Positions 1 through 12,500 of a stretch of 64,000 nt of DNA are shown piece by piece. Below the pieces are notes generated by a model that saw only the letters and a list, made by a program, of their open reading frames with translations, did no database searches and was not told the DNA's origin. Position 1 is the first letter of the stretch. Each line of letters begins with the position of its first letter. Both the position numbers and the translations under genes were made by a program. The DNA comes from Aplysia californica (lineage: Eukaryota): positions 2,032,009-2,096,008 of the forward strand of contig NW_004797278.1 in the NCBI RefSeq assembly GCF_000002075.1, written 5' to 3'.

Positions 1-30
<30 letters not shown>
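1..30. repeat. (GA)n microsatellite
   Basis: Direct; further tracts at 1101-1144, 45763-45821, 47631-47758. Confidence 0.95.
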
Positions 31-37
<7 letters not shown>

Positions 38-520
38 GGTATGGGCATGTGTGGCTGTTTTTGGGAAAAAAAGATTGTTTGAGGCCTTGACACAATCAAC
101 AAAACAAACTACACGTACCATGACCATAACTTGTGGGCGAAGTCAAGGTAAACACAACCAGAATAAAAGACTAAACAATAAAATAAAATAAAATAACAGG
201 AAGGAGAGAAAATGTAACTTTTAAAGAAACGCTTTTCTCTTAAAAAATTTTTTTTGGGGTTTTTTGTTTGTTTTTTGTTTTTTTTTTTGGGGGGGAGGGG
301 GGAGGGAGACGAGCAGAATGCAAATTAGGGAACATCGGATAGTTTTTCAGACAGAGACGTCAATTCTGTAAAAACTGGATCATACTCATAGACTGACTGA
401 CCCGTAACATCTACACCCGTCCCTCCTCCCTTTTCCCACTCTTCCTCATGCTATCCCTTTCTGCAATCTCTTACTCCGGCACGTCAGAGAGAGAGGGGTT
501 TTTTGTTTTGCCGTTTGTTT

Positions 521-1060
521 TCAGAAGTGTTTTACGGTGCTCACAACTACATAAGGTCATATGAGTGCGTAATACACATAAAGCATTTTCAGCCTGGTAG
601 GAATTACTTTCGTATTTTGCCCAGCTGGCGGCCGAAGCCTTCTCTTATCGATTTTAGGACCTTCGTGGGACCTTTAACTTTAACGGGCACAACTTGCACA
701 CGTACGGGAGGGACCTCCAAGAATTTTTCGGTCTTATCCGAGAATGTCAAGTGTTAGCTCTTAACTACCCTAAGATCAGGGGTGTGGCTGAAAGACAGCA
801 GTGAGAAGGAGCCAATTAGTAGTAGTAGAAAGGCTGCAGAAAGAGTCTGGAGCCCAGAGGAGGGGGCAAAGGTGGAAAGGGGGGGGGGAGGGAGGAACGT
901 GGAGAAGAAAGCAGTCAACAGAACATGGTAGGAGAGCAGGAAAGGAGGTGGAAGGAGAACATGATTATTTAGAGAAGAACATTTTTCGTCGCTGTCAGGT
1001 TTCGAACCTAGGACCTATTGAATGAGAGGTAAACACCATACTTCAAGAACACGAGAGCCC
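521..1060 (-). mobile_element. tRNA-derived SINE, family A
   Basis: Head GGCTCTCGTG...GGTTCGAAACC (A/B boxes); colinear with the copy at 34991-35400. Confidence 0.8.
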
Positions 1061-1100
1061 CCTGAGAGAATTTGAGTACAGAGTAAAGATATGTTTATAA

Positions 1101-1147
<47 letters not shown>

Positions 1148-1889
1148 GGGGGAAATGTGTGGATTAAGGACAAGCAGTTTTCTTTTCACAGTGCGTCTCC
1201 TCTAAAGCATAATTTGGCCAGATTTCACTTGGACTAGATTAGGACAATGCATGAAGTAACACAGAAAAGACATTTTATAAGAGAAGCAGGCACATCAACG
1301 CACCCATCAGAGGTACAGAGATGATTGAAAAACTATGGGCACCTAGGGAGACTAAAAAATGAAACTAGTTTTGTATAAAAAAAGGCTAAGGGCATTCTAA
1401 CGCACTAAACACAGTTTCCTACTGCAGAAGAGGCGAGGCCTCAATAAGAACTGCGACTCATTTAAGTGAACTCGCTCCCCCCTCCCCCCGTCTCTCTCTT
1501 TCTCTCTCTCTCTCTCATTTAACACCCTACTAAACACACACTGTGCTACGAAAGTTATAACTCTTGATTCTCTGCCAGGACACCAGGCTGAGAGGACATG
1601 TTCCAGGAAGAAAGAAAAAACTAATTCGGGTCCCCATTTGAATCGGAACCTTGAACTTCTGCATAGAAAATTAGGTTTGTAACCACACCTTCTCTTCTTT
1701 ACGAACCCCCCCCACCCCAAAAAGTCACTCTTGTTTCTTCAGAATATGGTTCTGAACAGGTACATCTATTCCAAGAAATAACTTCCCACACTTACATTAA
1801 CAGTTCCAGGGTAAATTTTTTTGGGGACAACAACACTTGGCATTGAACAAAATAGAAAATAAAGTGAGGAAACTTTGCTGAACATAGTT

Positions 1890-1895
1890 TTTATT
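1890..1895 (-). terminator. Candidate polyadenylation signal of EXOC4 (3'UTR about 1.45 kb)
   Basis: AATAAA on the minus strand followed by T-rich downstream sequence. Confidence 0.55.
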
Positions 1896-3339
1896 GCACA
1901 AATCAGATTCAAAGGGCAAACATTACAAACAATCATGGGCAATGAAAGACATCTCTATAGAAAAGCAGTGACTTAATAGATACAATGTATAGAAATTGTT
2001 GACAGTACAGAAAACAGGTCCTATTTTGATCTTACGCACACTTGACAAAATATAGTGGAGTCTAAGTGGTAGTGACAAATAGTGATTTCCTACTACAACA
2101 ACTTTTGACAACATTCCTTTATGATACCTAGGCCTACAAAGTTCCTTTTAAGCAACTGGTAGAATTTGACATAATACTTGTACTTTTTCATTTACTTTGA
2201 CAATGCCACTCCTGGGTTTTATCCTTCCTCTACAGGTGGATGTGGGGGGTTTTCTCACCTTGCTTTCACAGAAAAGCCTGGAAACTTTCACATACTACAC
2301 ATATTGACATCAATGGAATGCATGAGTATTATGGGGCAAAGCATATAAAATGAAATGCTGAACCAAGATAGCAAATTCCAGACTTGGTGTCATCAGAAAA
2401 AAGTATCAGATGAGAGAATGGAATATGCAGAACTGGGTATACTTGGTAAACAGTCTATACATTGTAATCAAATGATAATTAAGAACCCTTAAAATAAATA
2501 ACAGGGAAATGCAGTTTTCAGGACTCGGTTAAAAATCCTCAGTAACTAACACCTTCATTCAGTTGTACCATGCAATATGACTTTATGACTTTGTGATATA
2601 CGTGGATTCGTTTTCCCTTTTAATCTCTTCTACAGGATAAAGGTGAAAAGGTCAACAGAAAAAGACACAGACATTAATATCACAACTGGAAAACATTATA
2701 AGATACCTTAAACAGAGTGGAACATTCTTCCACATTTCTGTACCATACTTTCTTTACAGAAAAACAACATTCCTAATAAATGTTGCTATGAAATTACACA
2801 ACAATGAATATTCAGATATTCCTTGCAAACCATATCTATCAGAACCATTTCACTATCTCTACTTTTAATGGTGGTCTCAAAGTACTTATCACATATACAA
2901 GACAAACATTATTATACTGTATTTATGCACAATAAAGTAAAATGAACTTGAGGTCTTCTTTATGCACAATATGTTTGGCTAAATGTAGTGCAGAGGATAA
3001 GTTAAATGAGTCCAAGTCATTTTAAGTACAGCGATCACGCTTGGGAAAAAAACGCAACGTTTTGAAAGTGTGAGCCATTCCTCTCACGCTGTCCTCTCTC
3101 AAACTTCTTAATCTCACTTTATGACCACTCATACAGTCTCAATCTGGTCTCTCACACTCATGACACATTAAAATTTGTAACAGTCTCATCATTAACCCTC
3201 ACACAGTCGAACCTAAAAGATCTTTCTTATGTCTATTTTGACCTTTTATCATGTAGACTCACCTCTGACCTCACAAATTTTCATCTTGACTTCTTAAACA
3301 GTCTTACCATAATCTCACACACTCTGTCATCTCGACCTC

Positions 3340-3510
3340 TCACACCGTCTCATCTTGACCTTTCTCCATGACACTTTGAAGCCTTTGCATGCGAGCGTCC
3401 TGCACAGATACAGGATTGCCGGCAAAACTTCTGTGGTACAGCTGAATCAACTGCTGGTATTCATTCAAGGTGAACTGTGGGCCTTTCTCAGCGAGGGAGT
3501 TGAGAACATC
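3340..3510 (-). CDS. EXOC4: EXOC4 exon 28, terminal coding part (...QDETV*)
   Basis: ttcctctag| acceptor; TGA at 3342-3340. Confidence 0.93.
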   Translation of the reverse strand, partial: DVLNSLAEKGPQFTLNEYQQLIQLYHRSFAGNPVSVQDARMQRLQSVMEKGQDETV

Positions 3511-6500
3511 CTAGAGGAAAGAATGAACACAATGGAAATTATGTAGGGGCCTATATATCTTTTTATAAAGACCAACATTAGGAACAGGGCCTACAGCCTC
3601 CATATGTATTTTTCCTATCACATGGGTTATAAACCGTATAATGCTCTTCAGTCTTTTATCTCTCTGTGGCATGAAGTGACAGAACCCTTTACCGTCTCAG
3701 AAAAGATGCTACAGAAGGCTACATTCCCGTTCCCTGTTTACCAGCAGGACTATGTCTGGCAAAAGTGCCAACTTTTAAATACATGACGTATGTAGCAGAG
3801 ATTTGGACATTAACTACTTGTTACTACCCAACAAACATTCTCCCTTCCCTTTTTATTTGCATCAGACAATCAATGAATAATAGACTGATACCGAGAAAAA
3901 AACATTGAACCCCATAATAGACCAGACCCAGCTTACATCAGGGTTCAGATACAGCAGCTCGTAGAAGTGCCTTGCCCTGTCAAGATCCGACTCTCTGGTC
4001 AGGGTTATGTTGGTCAAGTTCTGCTGGATAGCCAAAATATTTCGGCACCTGTGGAGAAACAGAGTAGCTCTTAGCCTCCGAACTAAATGCTAATGTGAAA
4101 TATAAGAAACACAATAACAGGCAAAGTGATGGTAAACTTTTGAAAAAAAGTCTCACTAACCAGTTCTACCAACCAAACCAACGACACTCAAAACTGTCAA
4201 AAAAATAATCACACTAATTTACTGAGAGAAATGGAAGGACATACAGGAGAGAGATCCGACTGGAAGAAAACTTAACTAAAATCCAAGGAAAGTACAGACA
4301 CCCTCAAACTCAAAAGGTTACCACTAGCACCTGAACACAGCACATACCACAAGACTCAAACCAAAACGGGATCAACCCAGACAATCCATCAACACTACAA
4401 AATTGCTGAAAATTATTTCAAAAGCCTCAGCCCACACCACCTCCTTCCACAACTTCCTCCTCCGGCTCCTATACAAAAAAACACCCAGTCCTGCACAAAG
4501 GAACAACTCTACAACTGGGGTCACAAACCTTTTTCAAAGTGGGTTGGATAGCCGAGAGAATGCCGCGCAAGGGCTGGCTGTCTATTTTGTTCCGTGCAAT
4601 ACACTGAACACAATAAAATTAAAGCAACCAGGCTATTATTATCTTATCAATATACAAAATACAAAAATACATGAAAAAAAACTTGTACAACAATCAATGT
4701 ATATATTCATGAAATATTCATGTGCGAGCAACCAATTTTGAAAAGGGAATCCTCATTTGTGGTAGGAAATGTGTTAAAGGAAAGATTTTGTCACACTGAA
4801 GCCGAGCAAGAGTGTGATACATTAGCTTAACATTTTCTGATCTATAAAAGCACATTTCACATGTACTGCAAAGTTCTATGAAATTATTAACCCTATCCGT
4901 ACGCCCTGGGGTCATTTTGTACCCAAGCATTGTATTCTTCACATTTTAGTTTTAGAATACTTTTAGTTCGAAGATCTCTTTGAAACTTTCAGTATTTCTC
5001 AAAAAATCATTTTGACAGACTGCTATGCAAAGCGTACGGATTGGATTAACGAGTAAATTTCCTCTTTGGAAAGTGGTGGCACAGAGTTCCCCACTTCGTA
5101 TGGATACGATAGTAAAACATGACGTACGGATAGGGTTAAATCCTTTTGGTGACTAAGTTATGAGCACTCTATCCAGATTTTTCCCCCTGCATGTTAGCAT
5201 GGCAGTGGGCCAGACGAACTGACCTCACATGCTGGATCTGACACGCAGACTGTAGTTAAGTGATCCCTGCTATACAATATTACTTGGAGCAAAAGTAGAC
5301 AAACCTAGAGGCTTCTAGATATACAACAACAGCAACAAAGACTATAACTCAATGTGTAAGACTTCAGTAGGGTAGGCATGTGTTGCAGCTTAAGGAAGCA
5401 GAAGACATAAATGGACTAAACAGATAAACACTCTTACATTTTCTTGATCCCATTTTCATTGATTTTCTTCAGAAACTGGACACTGGTAATCAAAATTGAT
5501 GCCACCAGGTACCCCAAGCTCTCAAATATATACCTGTAAGATAAAAACATAAATACCACACCTTACCTAAAGGCCTCACAATGTCATATGAGTATTAAAT
5601 AATTAGAACATAACACATAGTTGCAGGTGTAGAAAAAATAGATTTAGAAACAAACTGATATTTAAAGATAATTCTTTTCAAGCGTTTTGAACTTTCATTA
5701 TGAAACTTGGAAACTAGCAGGTGAAAAAGGAAATAATCAATAAACCAACGGTGACACAGACACATACACGGGGGACAGACACACACACGCGCACACACAC
5801 AGACCCACGCACCCCCCCCCCCCCACACACACATGCATGCACAGGCCCACACATGAGGGCATTTACAATGAGACATAAATAACATCTCGCAATTTTTCAG
5901 ACGGATCGAAAGAATCTGCTCAACAACAAAGCAATGTACCAACTAAGACTTCCTGAGATATCAGTATATCAGCTAAGTGTACTGTTAAACTACGGATAGA
6001 GTTGCACTCACTTGAATTTCTTTGGCTGCAAACTTTGCGCCATCATCTCTTCCATGCCACTCAGGTCCTTATTTAGCTTCAAAACATTGGAATCTGGGTC
6101 CAGGTCATCTATGGGACCAGCGTAGTTGGACTGGAAAAACAGCATACACCATGAGATGGGTCAGTAGGCGAGATATTAACATTCTTTAAAATCTTTTCTA
6201 TAAAAATAAAGCAATGGAAAACAATAAAAGACTACGTGAAGCACTTAAAAACTTCAAGAAAAACAAACAAGACTGCTCAGTGTAAGACTGTGCCATAAGC
6301 TATTTTGAAAAGTGAATCACAGAGTTTTACACTGAACATTTGACTTGCATTTTTTTCCAAAAACCTTCATTGCAGTACTCCTGCCTCCATTATTTGAGCA
6401 GCATTCTCAGGTGTCTTATGAAACAAGTTTCAACTTGACTTCTAAGACTCTTTATTTCATTTTTAAAAGTACATGTTTTTACGACCCCACCATCACAATT

Positions 6501-9500
6501 AAGATCACTTGGGAGGTGGGTTAACCATCCTTCCAGTCAGGGCCAACCCGGACTCTATAAAAATTCTCTCCACTTGGAAATCAAACTCGGGTCTCCTGCA
6601 TGTGACAGCAAAGCACGTAACTGCTATACAACAGATACCAGTCCCAAGGTCCCAGACAAGAAATGCAAAACAAAACATAAATGTTTATGGCAAACTGACA
6701 ATCAGTAAGGACGGAAAAGGATGGCATCACGGATATACAAGAACTGAAAATAATGAATTGGAAAGTACTGACCAGCAATGTGAGACATTTAGAAGCTTTA
6801 TATAAGCTTTTCTATGAATGAGACCCTTGACAAAAAAAAGCACTATAACTTTCAAAATCTACTGTGGATTATCACAGCATCCCTTACTTAACAGGTTATT
6901 TGGTTATTATTCACACTTATTTCTAGACCATACCTGCTTCGCCACTGGCAACAAGTAATAGAAGCAGTGTACTCTGACTTCCAAGTGGAGAAGGAGAAGA
7001 CAGATTTCTGCCAAATCCTTAAAGTCTTGCACAAGTGACTTCAGAGACCTGGGAAGAATAAAAAATGACAAAAGTTATAAACATGAAATAAAAATTTTAA
7101 AAATTATGAAAAATTATAATACAATTTTTATTATAAGACGTTCCCTTGAAAATCAAGCTCAAAGCCCTTTACACATAAAAAGTACAATTTTAATATCAAT
7201 AAATGAAAATGGTGAACAAATAAAAATTCAACAATAAAAATTGTTAAAAGGTGACATAATTAAGGTCATGAAAAAAAGCAAAAGAGCCTGAGAAGATATT
7301 ACTTTCAAACAACAGTTAAGATCATATACATTCTTTTAACAGTGATGAAGTGTCAACGATTTCTGATAAGATTATTCAAATACACTTTGACATAAGTAAC
7401 AGTATGGAACTCAAACAACTTTGTTCAAACATATGAATAAAACTTACTCAAGAGTCTTTTCAGAAATAGGGGGCATCTCCTGTAATAAGAAGCAAAAAAC
7501 ATTAATTATATTTAGTAATTATTCAAAGACACAGAATTCAAATCACAATGATATATATCAGTCTTGAAACATAACTTGACCTTAAAATTAAAATTTATTA
7601 TCTTTTTCTGCTCATATTCATCATTCTTTCCTGACAGAGCTTGACAGTGCTGTCAACCTGATTTATGATGATCGAATGGTAACATCATACTTTCGAAACT
7701 TATTTTTTTTTCTTTATATAAAATTCTTATCTCCAAGAATTTCTCTTGCTGTGCAGTGAGTTTGCACAATGAGTATTTACAAGATTATTAACGAAAGTGT
7801 AAGACATGATATGAGAAGTGAAAAATTCATGAACAGAATTGTGGGCCTGGAGTAACCAAATACTTCGGCCTCCATATTTCTAAAGACAAGCCAGTGAAGG
7901 AGTAACAATAGTTGAAAAGGCCTTTTCCTTAACTCTCAAGGACATCAAGAAAAAAGTGCCCAACAAAGAACTTTTTTTTAAGGTTTTGTAAAAGCAAGCA
8001 TGACTCACAGTGGGAAGTTCCTCTTGAACTGGGTTTAGAGTGTCTTGTGGGGTCAGACTGGTGCAGAACTGGTTCAGGCGGTCGCCAAACCATTCCTGTC
8101 AGATGCAAACAGAGTCACAGTTAGTCATAACCTTGTATTTACTTAGTAAGTGATCTGCACATACATCTGACAAAAACAAGAAATTCGAATAGGACAAAAA
8201 GGGAACTCTCTCGACCTCCCATGTTGGATATACACATTTGTACACAAACAAATGTGCAGTTTCTTTTGAAGCCCCGTTCATACATACACGTGTGGTTTTC
8301 ACCAGGGAAGTTGTACAACGGAAGGATGAACTCAAATCTATGACTGTATACAACTCAAGTGTGTTTTACCCTGTGGGGCAGTGCCCCTTGTTGTGCTATT
8401 CATAACATTAGACTAAACAGTTGTGGAACAAGATATAGGTGCCAAGGGCACACATTTACTGCTCCATACATTTTACACATTTCCCACTGAAAACAAAGCC
8501 TGGCTTGGAAACACTCACCAAGCTCTCATGCACATTTGCCACTGTACGCATCTGGGTGACATCTGTGATGATTTCCTGCTGGGGGATCAGTGACTCATCA
8601 CTGGACAGATTGCTGATCAGAATCACAGCCTCCTTAGAGTTGAGAGCCCTGATCTCTTCCTCTGAGCATATAGTGCGATCTAGTTCTTTGCCTTGTCGAG
8701 GCTGGAGACTTCGCCAGCTGGGCAGTGACCTGATTAAAAAGCACAACACAACATTTTACTGAAGCCAGAGAGAAGCAAATAAAAACATTAATGATTATTT
8801 AACATGACTTAAAAGATGCAATCACCCCCCCCTTGCCCCCTAAACAACAAACCCTACAAATGTATTTCAATAAAGTCAAAAGCACTAAGCAACTCAAAAT
8901 ATAAGAAGAAAGCTATTTTAAATTCAAGACAAGGAATGAGACTATGAGCAGCTCAACGGGTAGAAAAGGAATTACCACAAATCAAACATTTTCCCCACAG
9001 CAGCCACTCAAAATGCAGACCTATCTGCAACATGTAACAACAAAAACTTGAAACAAAAACACCCCCCCCAAAAAAAAAAAATAACCAACAACTAGATTCT
9101 TAAGAAATCCTGTTTCTCAAGCTGATGTGGGCATGTAGAAAAGCTAAGTCTCTCATTTAAAAAGAAGTTTTCATTAGTAATAGAAAAAAAGCACAGTACT
9201 AAAAAAACTGTTTTAAAAAAGTATCAACAATTAACCAAACTTTATGCATTGTTTTGGTATATCATACTTCATTACAACCTCTAAAAAGGGGAAAAGTCCT
9301 CATGAACGTTATATATCCGTTTCTTCGCTCGCTTTTTTAATGGTTCGACACGGAGGGAAAACTAGGTGAAATACCAGACCACAGGCAGCCACGAAAAACT
9401 GGGGATACATGATATCAAGATAACCTCTGCTGTTTTCACTCTGGTGAACCCTGACTGCACCCTGCCAGCACTTGTGTGATGTTTGCGACCTGTAAATATA

Positions 9501-12500
9501 TTACCTTTCCATACTGAACTTTTTACCGATAGCTTAGCCTTTAAACGTTTTGTATTGCCTCGTATGGTGGCAACAAGTAAGACTGTTTGCATTGAATCAA
9601 AGGTTATTGGCTATAATCCAGAAACAATCGGGACATTTGTCACAGTCTGGGTGAGGTTCAAGCCTCATCATTGGCAATGTCTCATTTTTACCTAAAAATC
9701 ACAAGAAAATTGAAAGAACAGAAAAAAAAAACCCTACCAAAATGGGGTTAGGGTAAGCGGAGATAGACCAACAGACAGATGGAGAGAGAAAGAAAGACAG
9801 ATAGCGACAGATGAAAAAGCAGCTAAAACATGAAAGACACTGACCTCAGGAACCTGCTGATGTCCTCATCCTTTGCCCACATTGAACTAATAATTCTTTT
9901 CTCATCAGATCCATGCTGGACGATATCTGCAAAGGTGAAAACATAGACCGGTGAGAAAGACTTCATCTTCATCAGATCTTTGTTAAACCAAAAATGTTTT
10001 TAATGCATGTTATTTCACGCTCCCATCAAAACCATTTAGATCATTTAGGAGGCGGCTTCAACCCTGCCTGTCAGGGTCAACCTTGGCTAAAAGGATACAG
10101 TATCCCAGCAGAAAGACAGAGATACTTGATAAAAATTTTCTCCACTGAGGAATTGAACTCGGGTCTCCAGTATGTGACAGTTAAGCACTTAACCGATACA
10201 CCACAGATGACGGCTTGGTCTGTTGTGCCATACGTCTACTATATGTGATTTCATAAGCTTCTTGTTCAAACAGAACACAAAATGACTGGTGTTGCTTTTT
10301 GTTGCTAATGATCCAGTGACCTAAAGCCTTTCTCTCTCTGATCCACTGCCATATATTCTTCAATTGTTGCAAAGTTCCCCAGAGTGTATATACTGTTTCT
10401 AGTCTCGGGAGAAGAAGTACATCTCTGATGTCTTTTGGTGTTGCATAAGGGCTAACACACAAGGGAGCATATTGGAAGAGACTGTAGCTTGGCTCCATGA
10501 GAATAAATCATACAAGAACGTTTTTGTTTATACGTCAATTGGTGCTGAAGATTAGAGGTGTTACAAAGGAGTAACAAACACAAAAAAGAAGGAGAGATCT
10601 GGAAAATAGAGGTTTGATAGGAAAGAAGGACCACACCATACCACAGCTCCCGCTAATCACACATTGATTAAAATTTGGTAATAAACCAGAAATTTAAAAC
10701 TACCTCTGTAAGCAGAATGACACTTGTCCCTGTAGTCCCTCAAAACATTGCATATCATGTTAAGAAACTGGTCGGCGTAGTCAGGCAGATCATGCATCAG
10801 TTCTTGTAGCTCCTGAATGCTGTTGTCCACAGTCACTGTGCTCTGGAAGGATAGGGAGGGACATACATGATGTCAAACCGATAAACTTGAGGGTTTCATA
10901 ACACCTGGCTTATGTTTGTCTGTTGGAGTAAACTGTAGCAAATGGACACAATAATGGTCATTTAGTGCTGGGAAAGTCAGACAGACGGACAGAATCAACA
11001 GAGAAATAAAGCAGGATCTACCAGTGGCACCCTCCAACCACCCACCACCTAGCTAACCAATTTGCTTAAAGAGAAGAAAGAAATGGGGGGGGGGGGGATT
11101 GGGTAACTGATATAGAATTAAGTATTGTATGCCACAGTGGTTCAACAAATAAAACTAGTCACTGAATGGCAATCCAAACAAAATTAAACTTTGAGACTTT
11201 TGTGGTTTTGAGTATACACCAAGTGCCTTCCAACACGTTGAACATACTGTATCTTAAAAGCCTCCTCAAGACAAAGTGTGAAGTCTTCAAAAACTGCCCA
11301 ATTCTATATATAAAGATCATCCTGTTTGCCCAGTTAGAGTGGAGCAAATTGACACAATAACAGTTATTCAATCTGACAAAGGAAAGACAGACAGACCAAA
11401 TCTAGAGGTACAGTATAACAAAAAATATTTTAAAAAGCAGCATCTACCACTGCCGAAGGGTAGAAGACTCCAGACACCAACAGCACAGTGACGTGTTTTA
11501 ACAACAGAGCCAACAAAATGCATCCACACAATAAGAACAGCATTACCTGTAGTAGTGGTCTTGGAACTCCAAGTTCCCGTTTGGTCTTTTCGTCTATGAC
11601 ATTTCTAAGGGCATCAAAACCTGAAAAAGGCATATATACATTGATGAGTATTCACAAGAGTAATATTTTTCTCTTTTTAGTATTAGTAGAGTTTTAGCAA
11701 CCTTTTTAACTATATTTTTCAAAATGTCATATTAATTCTTTTAAAGCAGGGAAAAGGGTAGAGTGGCAAATGAGTTGTTTTCTCATTTATTTTAAAAAGA
11801 CTCTGGAAATGGGAGAATGTAGCAGTGGTTTCTGAGTTTAACATTTTGGACATATTATCCCAGAAGCCCAGTGGGAAACCGGGTATCTAAATCAGTTAAG
11901 ACAAATATTTGGAATCAAATTACAACACACACATCCCAAATGACTACAATACAATGATATTTCTTTTTTCAGAGATGAAGATTCTCCATCAGCACAGAAA
12001 AAGGTTTTGTAAGGAGACATCTTTTATCACTCACTCTGTATACAGTATCTTTTCCATCAAAAGGAATACAACAATATTTCTGCAGTCAACACACTCTTTA
12101 CAATGGCCAATGGATTTCTCTGTCACTTTAAAATGTCAGCCCAAACATATCTTTCCTATCCTTAAAATGATTGGGGATCAAAATGACATCATCAAACGCA
12201 GTGCTAGTCTCGCTACAACTAGAACACTCTTCAAGGAAAGCCTTCTTAGTATACTGTCCCAATGAGAAAAGCTATTCTTAATTTGGGAATATATCACAAT
12301 TTTTCATTAAGCAGTATTTTCATTAACAACAGAGACAATGGTAATAAAGAATAAACAGGAGAACGTATGATCCTGATTTTTTTCTGTTCTAAGAACACAA
12401 TTATTACTCTAATTGTGCAGGTGGAAGTCAATAGCTGCAGACAATTCAAGGCATCTAGACTAGAGAAAAGAACAGTACTTCCTCATGATTTCAAATGTAT

